Sequence record: LR756500.1
DNA: 64,000 bases
Strand: one strand, 5' to 3'
Position numbers and translations under genes: made by a program. Shown piece after piece: positions 1 through 11,361 of the stretch. Below the pieces are notes generated by a model that saw nothing but the letters and a program-made list of their open reading frames with translations, was not told the DNA's origin and did no database searches. Numbering within the stretch: the stretch's first letter is position 1; every line of letters starts with the position of its first letter.

Positions 1-47
1 CTGTTAATTCTATCCACTCTGGATCTGTTAATTTTCCTTTCATTTAA

Positions 48-872
48 CTAAGATTTTAGCATAACTTCCTTTAATTCATCTATTAAATTTAAATGTCTAG
101 TATCAAATGGTTGCCATGCTAATCCCATTTCTTTAAGATCAAAATGTTTAACAATTGTACTATAATCTTTTACACCTTCAGGATGTCCTATTACATAAAT
201 GCTATCAGCTAATTCAACTGCTAATTTAAGGTCATGTGTTGAAAAAATAACAGTATTTAATTCATTACTATTTTTAATTAAATTAAAAGATTCTTTAACA
301 TTCTCAATATTACCAACGTCTAATCCAGAAAAAGGTTCATCAAAAATCATAAAATATTTTGATGTTAATAATTGTTCAATAATTGCTGTACGCTGACGTT
401 GACCTCCAGATAATTCACAAGGATATTTATCTTTATGATCTATAAGACCCCATTTAGATAATTGTTCATTAATAATTTTAATTTTTTCTTGTTTAGTAGA
501 TTTATTTTTCTTTAATGCATATATCATTATTTGCATTACTGTTTTATGTCTAAATAATGTATATTTTTGATCTACAAATCCTACATCTCCTTCTTCTACT
601 TCTTTAGCATCTTCGACATTTTCTGTACTATTATTGGAAATTAATACCTGACCACTAATAGGTTTAACTAACCGTGTTAAAACTTTAAATAAAGTCGATT
701 TTCCTCTGCCTGATCTACCGACTACTGCAATAGTTTGGCCTGTAGCAATATATCCTTCTCTAACAACATCTTTTTCACATAATGTAATATCTTTAAGAAT
801 AACTTTATCACCATAACCTGCACTAACTTTATCAATATATAATAGTGTTTGTTTTAATTCGTATTTGTTCAT
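48..872 (-). CDS. ABC transporter ATP-binding subunit (NitT/TauT/SsuB-like)
   Basis: Walker A GRSGRGKS, signature LSGGQRQR, Walker B MIFDEP, H-loop STHD. Confidence 0.92.
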   Translation of the reverse strand: MNKYELKQTLLYIDKVSAGYGDKVILKDITLCEKDVVREGYIATGQTIAVVGRSGRGKSTLFKVLTRLVKPISGQVLISNNSTENVEDAKEVEEGDVGFVDQKYTLFRHKTVMQIMIYALKKNKSTKQEKIKIINEQLSKWGLIDHKDKYPCELSGGQRQRTAIIEQLLTSKYFMIFDEPFSGLDVGNIENVKESFNLIKNSNELNTVIFSTHDLKLAVELADSIYVIGHPEGVKDYSTIVKHFDLKEMGLAWQPFDTRHLNLIDELKEVMLKS

Positions 873-890
873 AATTAAGGTGTTTAAAGA

Positions 891-1661
891 TTAAAATTTA
901 GAATATCTGAATAACAATTTACGACTTTTAGTTAATAAAAAGTCTATACATAAACCTATAAGTATAATTATAATTTGTACTGCAACTACTCGGCCCTGAT
1001 TTCCAAGTTTATCAGAATTTTTTATAAGTACACCTAGACCACCACTTGCAATTAAAATACTTTCAACTGTAACTATAGATACCCATGCGATTGCTAAATT
1101 AGTTCGTATTGCTTCTATAATATAATCAAATCTTCCTTTAATAATAACTTCCCATAAAATCTCCCATCGTGTACAACCTAACGTTCTAGCATGATCAAAT
1201 TCTTCACCTGGAATATCTTTTAAAATTCCTAAAATTGAAGTTATAAGAAAAGTAGAAACAAAAACTATTAATACATTAATTTGTATAGCTCTTGCATCAC
1301 TAACTAATATAGCCATATAAAAAGCTATTCCAGTAAGAGGTAAATATCTAAATTTAGAAATAGTATTAGCTATAGGAGATAATAACGGCAAAGGAGATAA
1401 ATAACATATTGTTAACGAAATAATAATTGAAAAGAAAATAGATTGTCCAAATAAAGACAATGTACTAAATATATGAACCATTAATCCTTCTCTCCATAAA
1501 TCAGATACTCCAACTAATACTTGCGATGGAGTAGGAAAAAGATGTGTAGTACTTAATATTGAACTTAATATCCAAACAATAAATATAACAGCTATCCAAC
1601 CAAATTGTATAATACTTTTTTTGATATTTGTAATCTCTTCAAAGGGTCTTATAATTTTCAT
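891..1661 (-). CDS. ABC transporter permease (SsuC/TauC-like)
   Basis: Multiple hydrophobic helices, N-terminal FPTPSQV, EAA-like loop EEFDHARTLG, adjacent to the ABC ATPase. Confidence 0.85.
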   Translation of the reverse strand: MKIIRPFEEITNIKKSIIQFGWIAVIFIVWILSSILSTTHLFPTPSQVLVGVSDLWREGLMVHIFSTLSLFGQSIFFSIIISLTICYLSPLPLLSPIANTISKFRYLPLTGIAFYMAILVSDARAIQINVLIVFVSTFLITSILGILKDIPGEEFDHARTLGCTRWEILWEVIIKGRFDYIIEAIRTNLAIAWVSIVTVESILIASGGLGVLIKNSDKLGNQGRVVAVQIIIILIGLCIDFLLTKSRKLLFRYSKF

Positions 1662-1671
1662 AATATAAATT

Positions 1672-1947
1672 CTATTTTTTAATTTCTTCTAAATCATTTT
1701 TATCAGCATAAAATTTAACGAATGGATCCATTTTAAATGATTTTACAAAATCAAATTGGTCTTTTTTAGGAATTTCATCTAAAATATTTCTTATTTGAGA
1801 AGTATCATTAATTATAAAACCACCAGTCATAAATTTTTTTCCATCTTTTTCAATTAGAATTAAATTATTTGTTTTATCTATTGCATTTGATATTAATATT
1901 GCTTCTTCGTAGCCGTTTGTTGATGGAGTTATATGTAAAATTTTCAT
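1672..1947 (-). CDS. hypothetical protein
   Basis: 91-aa ORF co-oriented within the ABC cluster. Confidence 0.6.
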   Translation of the reverse strand: MKILHITPSTNGYEEAILISNAIDKTNNLILIEKDGKKFMTGGFIINDTSQIRNILDEIPKKDQFDFVKSFKMDPFVKFYADKNDLEEIKK

Positions 1948-1967
1948 ACGAATATATTTAAAGTTAA

Positions 1968-2004
1968 TTTGTAAAAGTGTCCTAAATTAGGACACTTTTA
2001 CAAA
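1968..2004. terminator. perfect inverted repeat, probable bidirectional terminator or RNA stability hairpin
   Basis: TTTGTAAAAGTGTCCTAA-a-TTAGGACACTTTTACAAA directly after the ompA-like gene. Confidence 0.65.
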
Positions 2005-2016
2005 TTCTTATTTATA

Positions 2017-3831
2017 TTATTTTAAAAGTGTTATTTCACTTCTTCTATTTTTAGCTTTACCATTAGAAGTATTGTTATCTGCTATAGGTTCATTTTGACC
2101 TTTACCATCTACTAATTGAAAACGTGATACTGGAATACCTTTGTTCATTAAATAATTTTGTACTGCATTAGCTCTTCCTTTTGATAAAGTTAAGTTAGCA
2201 TCTGCATTACCAGTATTATCAGTATGACCAATAATTTTAACTTTAGTATTTTCAGCTTGTATTAGTAAATTATAGATAGTTTCTAAATCTTTAGTTGACC
2301 CGGATATTGTTGAAGAACCTGTTTCAAAATTAATTGACCAATTACCACTAGCTAATACTTCAGTTTTAGTTTCTGTATAATCTGCTTTCTGAGTAACACC
2401 TGCATCAATATCATTAATAGATTTTAAGAAATATAAATTAACAGCATCATCATAAGGTACTACACCTGTCTTAATCATATCATTAAAACCACAAGGATTA
2501 AGTTCTACTAAATAAGATGAAATTTGATTATATACTGATTTATATCTATTTACTCCATCAGTAATACCATAGTATTGCATTGCATCTGCATAGTTAAAAA
2601 CTTTAGAGCCACCAATATTAAAACTAACTCCTCCTTTTTCGCCCTTTTGACCTTTAAATAAATCATACCAATATTTTGGTGTTTCTAAATTATATGTTTT
2701 ACATACAGCTTGTGATGCAAATACTGCCCACTGATCATATTGTTTAATTTGATTACATGCTATATAAGAATTTTTAAGTATGCCTGTAACAATTTTCTCA
2801 TGTTGTAAAGCCCATTCTTTGATAACTACAATAGTTGTTGCCATTTGATTATTAAATTCTTTTGTAGAAACAACATCTGTAAATCCAGTAAGAGCATCAA
2901 ATGCCATTTTATCTCCAGGTGTCCATGTTGTAGCTCCATCAATTTTTTTATCAATTGTTTTACCAGTCAATTTTCCATTTTTAACTTCTTTTAAAGGAAC
3001 TGTAAAACCACTTAATTGAGATTTAATTAATTCTTTAACAGATGCAATATAATCATCATTTTCAGAAGGAAAGAAATTTACAGCATCAGCATCATAAGTT
3101 TTAGGATCCGGATTTACAGGTAATTTATTAGCAAATGCATAATTTAAAGCTACTACCCAATCTCCATCTCCAATTACGGATGATATTAAAGATCCAATCA
3201 TTAATTTAGGATTATCTTTCCATTCTTTTGGTCCAATTAATTTATCTTCTCCATTAGACATACCGATAGCACCAATTGCTTGTACATGATATTTTCCTTT
3301 ACCGAATTTATCATCTAATGCTTGTTGTGTTGTTGAAATATAAAATGGAACGCCATCACCCATAATAGATACCGCAAAAGCTCCTTTATCAGATTCTGGA
3401 TATTCTTTTCCTTTATCATATTCTTCAACAAATTTAATATGCATATTTCTTAATTCTGAAACCCAATCTTGTCTTATAATTTCTAAATTTATACCAGATA
3501 TTTCCATTAAAGAACCTTTAGTAGGTCTAGGTCCACCATTTGCACTAATCATTCCACTGTTACAATTCCAAGCATATTCTGCGATACGAATTAATGGTTG
3601 ACTAACTACTGCAGTTGAAGGCTCTTCTGTTGGAACTGCAAGCATTGTACCTGCTGTAATATTATTTATATTATCAGTGTTTAGTTCTAAACCTGCCAGC
3701 TGTTTAGATTCATCAACTCTTAATCCAGGAGCAAACCAATATACTCCACCTAAAATTACGACTAAAATAATTGCGACAATAATAGCTTCAAAGCCGGTTG
3801 TCAAGTTTTTTGTTCTTAAAATTTTTCCCAT
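2017..3831 (-). CDS. membrane-anchored substrate-binding-like protein fused to a C-terminal OmpA peptidoglycan-binding domain
   Basis: N-terminal TM helix; C-terminal INFETGS...IIGHTDNTG...LSKGRANAV...GKGQNEP...NRRSEI OmpA motifs; next to ABC permease and ATPase. Confidence 0.8.
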   Translation of the reverse strand: MGKILRTKNLTTGFEAIIVAIILVVILGGVYWFAPGLRVDESKQLAGLELNTDNINNITAGTMLAVPTEEPSTAVVSQPLIRIAEYAWNCNSGMISANGGPRPTKGSLMEISGINLEIIRQDWVSELRNMHIKFVEEYDKGKEYPESDKGAFAVSIMGDGVPFYISTTQQALDDKFGKGKYHVQAIGAIGMSNGEDKLIGPKEWKDNPKLMIGSLISSVIGDGDWVVALNYAFANKLPVNPDPKTYDADAVNFFPSENDDYIASVKELIKSQLSGFTVPLKEVKNGKLTGKTIDKKIDGATTWTPGDKMAFDALTGFTDVVSTKEFNNQMATTIVVIKEWALQHEKIVTGILKNSYIACNQIKQYDQWAVFASQAVCKTYNLETPKYWYDLFKGQKGEKGGVSFNIGGSKVFNYADAMQYYGITDGVNRYKSVYNQISSYLVELNPCGFNDMIKTGVVPYDDAVNLYFLKSINDIDAGVTQKADYTETKTEVLASGNWSINFETGSSTISGSTKDLETIYNLLIQAENTKVKIIGHTDNTGNADANLTLSKGRANAVQNYLMNKGIPVSRFQLVDGKGQNEPIADNNTSNGKAKNRRSEITLLK

Positions 3832-3864
3832 TGTTAATAGAATTTAAAATTAATAAATAAAAGT

Positions 3865-4971
3865 TTAAAATATATCATTAAATCCACCGCTTTTTAATTT
3901 ATCTTGGTGTGTCAATTGATATTCAGGATTACTGTATTGTTTAGCATCAGGTAACTCATAACTACCAGTTTTGATATCATTAGCTAAAACATCTAAGTTT
4001 GCATATAAAGTATCGCTATCTCCATTTAATGCATATTGTGCAGTTAATGAATCAATATCATTAAGATTTCCGGATGTTATAGCAATATCTTGTGCAATAG
4101 TAGAAGTAACTACATCTAATGCATATTCAAGTTCCCATGTTTTAGTAAACATCATAGCAGATTTAGCACTTTCAGTAGCTTGTCGGGATTTTTGTGCAAA
4201 GTCATAATCTTTTTTCAAAATTTCAATAGTTGCATCAAAATCAGATACTTTAATATCCATTGTTGTTTCAACCATTATAAGTTTATGACTAAATTTTTTC
4301 ATAATATTAGCTCTTGTTCCATATTTTTGAATAAATTCAGTTTCTTGTGTAAGCTTATTACTTATACGAGCACTATCAGATAATAATTTACGAAATTCTG
4401 AATCAGTATTAACATATTCATCAGTTCCTTTTGCTGCAGGACCTCCGGTTTTTACCATATCATCTAATTGATCTTTTAATTTTTGTGCTTTTGCTTGTAT
4501 AGATACAACATCTGTTTGTAATTTTTTAGCTGTCTTCTCGGACTTATCAGCTTCTATTTCCATTTCATTTTTTAAATTCAAAATCTTTCCTTTTGCTTGT
4601 TGAAATTTTTGTTTATTTTGATACATTAAATCTCTTTGATGATATAATTCTGCAAATGGATCGTGTTTTATAATTGCTTTATGCAAATTTCGAGTTAATA
4701 CTCTTATTCCTTTAAGAATAACTGGCATTGCAATTATAAGTCCAAGTAATAATATTCCTGTTGTTGCTACAGCAAGAAATTGACCGATTGCTTGAAAAAC
4801 TACAGGCAATACATATACCCATAAACCATAACCAACAGCTCCTGCTGCTGCTAATTTAATAAAGAAATTTAATCCTTTTTCTCCTTTTCTCCAACTTGTT
4901 ATATTTTTAGATATATCGCTATCTTCAAAATGTTTAAAAATTGGTAAACTTTTTAAATTGCTATTGTCCAT
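3865..4971 (-). CDS. membrane-anchored coiled-coil protein (PspA/IM30-like, tentative)
   Basis: Two N-terminal TM segments followed by a long helical, charged heptad region; family assignment is inference. Confidence 0.5.
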   Translation of the reverse strand: MDNSNLKSLPIFKHFEDSDISKNITSWRKGEKGLNFFIKLAAAGAVGYGLWVYVLPVVFQAIGQFLAVATTGILLLGLIIAMPVILKGIRVLTRNLHKAIIKHDPFAELYHQRDLMYQNKQKFQQAKGKILNLKNEMEIEADKSEKTAKKLQTDVVSIQAKAQKLKDQLDDMVKTGGPAAKGTDEYVNTDSEFRKLLSDSARISNKLTQETEFIQKYGTRANIMKKFSHKLIMVETTMDIKVSDFDATIEILKKDYDFAQKSRQATESAKSAMMFTKTWELEYALDVVTSTIAQDIAITSGNLNDIDSLTAQYALNGDSDTLYANLDVLANDIKTGSYELPDAKQYSNPEYQLTHQDKLKSGGFNDIF

Positions 4972-4975
4972 AATT

Positions 4976-5737
4976 CTATTTTAAATTGTTAATAATTCCA
5001 TTTTTAACTTTAGTTATTGATCCCAATATTACATCTTTAGCGTGATCATTTGCCATTAATTTACAATCAATTTCAGTTAATTGAGTTGAATATTTAGAAT
5101 CAATTTGTGATAATAAACTTTCTTTTGACTGTATTTGATTTTTAATACTTTCTAATTGCATTTTTAAATTATCTAATTCTGCAACTAAATTTTTATTTTC
5201 ATTTTCTTTTTGATTAGTTACTTCATTTCTTTTTGTTTGACCTTTATCAACATAAGTTTTATATACTTTATTAATTTCAGTTATATAAAAATCTGATTGT
5301 GATAATAATGATTCTTTAGAAACTGTTTTATCAATTCCTTTAGCCATCATTAAAGCCATATTATAGATTTGTGGATTATCAATACCTGCACTAATAATAG
5401 ATTGATAATATTCGAAAAAATCATATCCTGTCATATTTAATCCTTCAAATCCTTGCTCATACATCTTCATTACTGAATCAATATGAGGTTGACATACAGG
5501 ATTAACTTCAGTTAGATTAGTATTTATAACAATTTTTTCAATATTAACAGTATTAGGAAAAGTAGTTTTTTGTTGTGTATTAGCAGTATTTGGAAAAGTA
5601 GAAGTACTTTTATTTGGTTCAATTTTTTTAGATTGTTCCTCTACTTTATCATTAACGAAAAAAAGATCTTTAAAACCCATATTACTATTTTTAAAATTTA
5701 TAATGTTGAGCACGTTTAAACTTAAAACATTTATCAT
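4976..5737 (-). CDS. hypothetical coiled-coil protein of the ABC/OmpA module (true start probably MGFKDLF)
   Basis: Co-oriented ORF with a C-terminal coiled coil. Confidence 0.6.
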   Translation of the reverse strand: MINVLSLNVLNIINFKNSNMGFKDLFFVNDKVEEQSKKIEPNKSTSTFPNTANTQQKTTFPNTVNIEKIVINTNLTEVNPVCQPHIDSVMKMYEQGFEGLNMTGYDFFEYYQSIISAGIDNPQIYNMALMMAKGIDKTVSKESLLSQSDFYITEINKVYKTYVDKGQTKRNEVTNQKENENKNLVAELDNLKMQLESIKNQIQSKESLLSQIDSKYSTQLTEIDCKLMANDHAKDVILGSITKVKNGIINNLK

Positions 5738-6492
5738 CTATATCTAAATGATATTCTAATTGATCTAATGAATTTATAAAATTATTAGATATAAAAGTAT
5801 TAGATAATCTTGCAATAATATAATCTTTTTTAACATTAAGAGTATAAAATTTATCGCATCCTATAAGAAAATCTAAAAATTCTTTTTCTATATGTTCTAT
5901 TTTTTCAGCCATAATATAAATTTAGCGATTAATATTCCAACAACAATAAATATAGCAGCAAGTATAAACATCGAAATACCTATAACAAATTTAAAGATAG
6001 TCATTCCAATTATATATGCGCATATAATAATAATAATTATTACTACCGAATATAAAATTAATTTTATTTTATTTTTTATCATCTTATCTTTTATTAATCG
6101 GTTTCTGACGTATCCTAATTATTTTAATTATTGGTAAATATAATAAAAAAGTTTTTAATTAAAATTTAAAGTTTAATTTATTTCCAGTCGGCATTTGGCT
6201 TATTAAATTCTTCACTATAATCAGGATCGGGATGAGCTATTTGATCTTTATATTCTTCTTTTAATTTATCTTGTTGTTCTAATAAAGCATTCCAATTATA
6301 CATTACACCTGATCGTTCTTTTATACCAACTTCTGTATAATTAAAATGATCTTTAGATAAAAAATCATTATGCTTAATTTTATTAATGATAGCTTTGCCT
6401 CCAGCAAAATCGTCTTCTCCTCTATATACATAACATGCGCCTGGAACATAAATTTCTTGTCCTTCTATTGGTTCAATTTTTTTATTTTTCAT
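5691..6492 (-). other. three short hypothetical CDS (5691-5912, 5897-6082 membrane, 6178-6492)
   Basis: ORF track; tightly packed and co-oriented. Confidence 0.55.
6133..6156 (-). promoter_or_regulatory. repeated promoter-like motif AAAACTTTTTTATTATATTTACC
   Basis: Same motif at about 12 intergenic sites, each upstream of a co-oriented gene run. Confidence 0.6.
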
Positions 6493-6703
6493 AATCTAAT
6501 ATTTCTTTTAAATTAATTTTTATACCTTCTTTTTGACCATTTAGATGTTCGACGTATAAATTATTACTGTCTAACAGTAATTTGTTATAAATTTAATAAT
6601 TAAAATAAATATAATAATAAAGATTTTAATTTAAAAATATTACTAAATTTTATATAAAACTATAAAGGCTTAATGATATATAAATAAATTAATATTTTAA
6701 ACA

Positions 6704-6868
6704 ATGGAAGATTTTAAGTTACTAAAACTGTCAAGAGCGTGTAAAGAGTTTAATGTTACTAGACAGACTTTATATAATTGGAAGGAAAAGGGTGTGTTGA
6801 ATTTTGTAAAAATCGGTGGTTTGAATTTTATAAAAGAAGAAGATATAAAAGCATTAATTAATAAATAA
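6704..6868 (+). CDS. 54-aa MerR/excisionase-type helix-turn-helix protein (not in ORF track)
   Basis: MEDFKLLKLSRACKEFNVTRQTLYNWKEKG...; near-identical copy at 53689-53853. Confidence 0.75.
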   Translation: MEDFKLLKLSRACKEFNVTRQTLYNWKEKGVLNFVKIGGLNFIKEEDIKALINK

Positions 6869-7117
6869 TTGAAGACAATTAAGTTGTCATATAAAACTTA
6901 TAAAGATAGATTAAGTAGAATAGGTTTTGATTTTTTAAAAACACTTTTTGAGAAATTTACATGTGAGATAGAAGTTATATCTGAAGTAGGTTCTGCTAAA
7001 CTTGATTCTGAAGAAATTTTTGAGGAAATAGTTCATTTACTTCATTGTTATAGTATGAAATTGTACTCAAGCAGACGTAATAAAAATATAGAAGACATAT
7101 GCAAAGTGGAGAACTAA
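6869..7117 (+). pseudogene. tnpA: IS607 serine transposase C-terminal fragment fused to the first 10 codons of a different tnpB
   Basis: YKDRLSRIGFDF...EEIVHLLHCYSMKLYSSRR is the IS607 TnpA C-terminal half; the catalytic N-terminal part is missing; MKTIKLSYKT matches the start of 52364-53686. Confidence 0.75.
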
Positions 7118-8340
7118 CTCAAGTAGAGAAACATATACTTACTTCATCTGAACTTTATGACTTAACATTTAAAGCAAAAAATCTTTATAATGCTGCTTTA
7201 TGGATCATAAGACAATCGTTCTGCAAAACTAAAGAATTAAGACACGAGTCTAAAATGATCTTCTATAACGAACTTTACACTTTGATGAAAGATCATGAAG
7301 CATATAAAGCATTACCTGCTGTGGCTGCTTAACAAATCTTAAGAACTCTAGACAAGAACTTCAAATCTTATTTCATGTTCATTAAAGATTGGAAGAAAAA
7401 TCCATCTAAATATTTAGGTATGCCAAAGCTTCCTAACTACATGAAGAAAGATGGTCATGCAACTTTTGCAATTCCAGGACAAACTTTTAGAACATTAAAA
7501 AATGGATTAACAATACCAAAAACTAAAGAAAAGTCATCTAACATAAAAACTAAAGTAACTAAAGAAAAATTAAAAGAAGTAAGAATCATACCACTTTCAC
7601 AAAAAAATAAAGTAAAAGTAGAAGTAATATATTCTAAAGAAAAACAAAATCTTAATTTAAATAAAGAAAATGCAATAGGAATTGACATTGGTGTAAATAA
7701 CTTAATGGCTATAACTTCAAATCAGATAGATCCTCTAGTATGTCTAATAAATGGTAGACCATTAAAGTCAATAAATCAATATTTTAACAAAAAATCTACA
7801 AAACTTAAGTCAGCTTTAGAAAAATGTCAAGGAAGAAAAACATCAAGAAAACTTGAGAAATTAAATCAAAAAAGACAAAACAAAATTGATGATTATCTTC
7901 ATAAAGCAAGTAAGAAAGTTATTGATTTATGTAAAGAAAATAACATCGGGACTATAGTTATAGGTCATAATAAAGAATGGAAGCAAGAATGCAACTTAGG
8001 AAAAGTTAACAACCAAAACTTTATTCAGTTGCCTTTCAATAAGTTAATTGGTATGATAACTTACAAAGCAGATTTAATTTCTAATGATGTTAAAGTTTCT
8101 GAAGAGTCTTACACAAGTAAAATTGATCATCTTGCTAATGAAGAAATGAAAAAACAAGAAACGTATAAAGGCAAAAGAATAAAGAGAGGATTGTTCTTAA
8201 GCAGCATTTGTAAAGTACTTAATGCAGACACAAATGGAAGCATCGGTATCTTAAGAAAAAAGAAAGCAGTTTCTAAAGAGTGGCTTGCCACTGTAGGAAA
8301 TAGAGGTTGTGTGTATCAGCCATTTAAAATAAGTTTATAA
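7099..8340 (+). pseudogene. tnpB: TnpB (IS607/IS605 family RuvC nuclease) with an in-frame TAA at 7330-7332
   Basis: ORFs 7099-7332 and 7375-8340 are in the same frame (LPAVAA*QILRTLDKNFKSY); GIDIGVNN, EESYTS and NADTNGS motifs. Confidence 0.85.
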
Positions 8341-8429
8341 TTTAAGTAGAACTAAAATAATAGTTTGAATATAAATTTAAAACAAATTTTAATAAAGTTT
8401 AACAAAAACGATACATAATATTTTCATAA

Positions 8430-9732
8430 TTATCTGTTATACCAAATTATTGTATCAAATTCTTTTCTAATATTTCCTTTTTTAATATCAGATGGATAAA
8501 TTTCAATATTAGTTTCTTGATTATCTTTTACGTAATGTCCATATCCGTCATAATTTATAAATCCACCACCTTTACAACAACCTATAAATTTTTTAAGAGA
8601 CATAACATCACCATATGTTGGAAGTTCAGATAATTCAATAGGTCTATTCATGCGTTCAACAATACTTAATTTTCTTAATTCTATTAAAGCATCTCCACAT
8701 GCAGCATCTTTTTGTTTATTATATTCTTCGAAATTTTTTAACATATCATTTGGTGCTGCTATATTTAAATTAGCTCCAAACCAATATGAATCAAATTCTT
8801 GAATTAACACATCACATTTATCATCTAATTCTTCAATGTGTTCTTTAAGTTTTTTGTATTCTTCTATTTCCATTTTTATTTTAATTCTTCTATTGTAAAA
8901 TATTTTTCATCTAATAAATAATCTCTTAGTTTCATTAATTCTTTTTTATCCCAAGGTTCATTTTGTTTTTTAAAATGTAATAAACTAAAATTAATAAAAT
9001 TATCGTCAAATTTATAATTACATTGTTTTTCTACATTATCTATAGTATCTATTAAAAATTTCATATGACCATACGATATCATATATTTTAGTCTTGTAAA
9101 AATAGCAGTTTTAGCAGAACCTATATTTTTATATACTTGTGCTCCACCTATATCGAAACGTCTACCTTTTCTATCTTTAATGATATACATTGGAACTCTT
9201 CCATACATCATAAGTTCTACTAAATCATTTAAGAAAATTTTATTTTTTTCTTCTAATAGTTTATGTTTCATTACTTTATTATTTTATTAATAAGTTTTAA
9301 ATTTTTACAAATTTTATAATTTAAACCATTCATTTTTAATACTTTAATATCAATATCGCTTAAATAAAAAGCTCTAAATGCCATAATGAAATATATCAAA
9401 ATTAAAAATTGTCCAGTTATACTTAATATTATAACAGCAATAATCCAACCAATCAGTGGCATAATTGATATAATTGATCCTAAATAAGAATTAGCACTAT
9501 ATGATATTTGCATATTATATGTAGTTAGTGTATTTCCCTCTATTTTTAAGAAACATAAATTTTTAATTTTAATATCATTTGCTAAAAATATGAATAATAA
9601 ATGCATGCACTCATGAAATATAAAAGCTGGAATTTCATAAATAGCTCTAATTATTTCAAGTGTTACCACTATTCTAGTTCTAATATCAACGCCTGATTTT
9701 ATAAATAATATAAGTTCTTTTAATTTAGTCAT
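8430..9732 (-). other. three hypothetical CDS (8430-8873, 8876-9271, 9271-9732 membrane)
   Basis: ORF track; abutting ORFs. Confidence 0.6.
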
Positions 9733-10546
9733 GATAATTAAACCCTCTTATACAAGATGCACAATTTGAAATAAATGTATTATAAAAAACTTTATTAAAT
9801 TCTTTAAATCGTTCGTTGAATCCTCCATTTAAATGATTTTTAATGTTATCGTAATCCCATACTCCAAATCCACATTTATATATTTTTCCTAATTCATCTA
9901 TAAGAAAACTATATTTACGATCAGGTTTATGACAATAGCAAGAAAACGATGAATAAACATTATATTCAAATTTTGCTCTACCAATAGGAACAATAGATTC
10001 ATCATTGACAATATTTTCGTCATCTATATAATAAATAATATTATGATCAGTTAAAATATGTTGAGCATCTTCTATATATCTATTTGTATGAAATTTATCA
10101 TTAGATAATGCAAGGTGAATATTTTTAAACTGTGAAATAAATTCAGCGAAAGATTTATCATGTTTAACCCAATCGGAATTAGTTACAATTCTTGTATGTT
10201 TTACAGTTGGAATTAATTCAGATAAAATTTCTTTATAGCTTGGATTACAAAATATTTCACCACCCATTAAATTAATTTTAGTGATTGATTGATTATTTTT
10301 TATGAATATTGCAATATTTTTAGCAGTTTCTATAGTCATCATATCATTGCTAATAGGTGAACAACTAAAACAACAATGATTACAACTCTGTGTACATTTA
10401 GTTGTTATTCTTATAGTAGCAGAAAGACCGGCTCTTTTAGGACATTCATCTTTTAATTTACATATTTCACAATTACATTCACATTCATCATGTTCTGATT
10501 TACATTTACATTCTAAACAAATATCACAAGGTTTAAAGTTACTCAT
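9725..10546 (-). CDS. radical SAM protein with a Cys-rich N-terminus and a SPASM/twitch-like C-terminus
   Basis: CTQSCNHC (CxxxCxxC), INLMGGEIF, IVTNS, C-terminal YKCG and CASC. Confidence 0.85.
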   Translation of the reverse strand: MSNFKPCDICLECKCKSEHDECECNCEICKLKDECPKRAGLSATIRITTKCTQSCNHCCFSCSPISNDMMTIETAKNIAIFIKNNQSITKINLMGGEIFCNPSYKEILSELIPTVKHTRIVTNSDWVKHDKSFAEFISQFKNIHLALSNDKFHTNRYIEDAQHILTDHNIIYYIDDENIVNDESIVPIGRAKFEYNVYSSFSCYCHKPDRKYSFLIDELGKIYKCGFGVWDYDNIKNHLNGGFNERFKEFNKVFYNTFISNCASCIRGFNYHD

Positions 10547-10612
10547 AATAATTCTTTTAAAGATTCAATATCATTTATAAATAAAGATATTTCATATTTA
10601 TTTAAAATAATA

Positions 10613-11358
10613 TTATTTTTTATTTTTTTCTTTCATATATTCCTTTAAATGTTTATGCCTTTTTAACCATTCAGGAGTATCTTCTTCTAACATATTATCT
10701 TTATGCTCTTCACAATACCATTTATCATTAATATCTTGTGTATAGCATGTTGGTTTATCACATATACAACACTTAGTTGTAGGATCAAATGCTTTTGAAT
10801 TAAAAAGATTACAATGTTTACAAATACCAGCACCGTTTCTATAATGTCTTCTTTCAAATTCATGATTAGTGCAAGACTTTATTTTAATAAATTCATTCCA
10901 TGCTTGTTCTTCGGCTTCTTCAATAGATGACCCTTCTCCTCTTATAAATGTTGATGGATCATTTGGAAATGCTTCAAAAAATGCGGTGATATAAGATTTT
11001 TTATCAGCTACAGCTTTTCCTAATTCAGTTAAAGGATCTTCTGATGTTATTGTTTTTTCAAATGATCCACTTGCTAAAACTATTCCATGACCTCCACATT
11101 GTACTCCACAATCTTCAGGCCAATCTTTTTTACAATCGTATTCTTTTCCAAATGATCTTCTTGCTTTTTTCATAATATTCCTAATTCTATAAGTATTGAA
11201 CTAAATCCATGTTCGCAATGTCCATCAGGTTCTATTCTACAACCATCACTACATACAGAAGGAACTACAGATTGCATTATATATAATTCCATTAATTCAT
11301 GAGTAGTTTCTACACCTTCGTTTAAAGCCACTTGTTCTATTGCTAATTTTTTCGACAT
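10613..11358 (-). other. two hypothetical CDS (10613-11173 with Zn-finger-like Cys/His; 11170-11358)
   Basis: ORF track. Confidence 0.55.
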
Positions 11359-11361
11359 ATT

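Larger units (their letters stand above)
6600..8400 (+). mobile_element. chimeric, non-autonomous IS607-like TnpB element
   Basis: HTH ORF, truncated IS607 TnpA and tnpB; 6600-6898 is homologous (inverted) to 53657-53950; ends are approximate. Confidence 0.75.

Noticed and set aside
1968-2004. TCCTAA/TTAGGAC hairpin resembling the CCTTAGGAC part of the 99-bp element
   Set aside because: Similarity is only about 7 bp; the position and perfect stem indicate a terminator.
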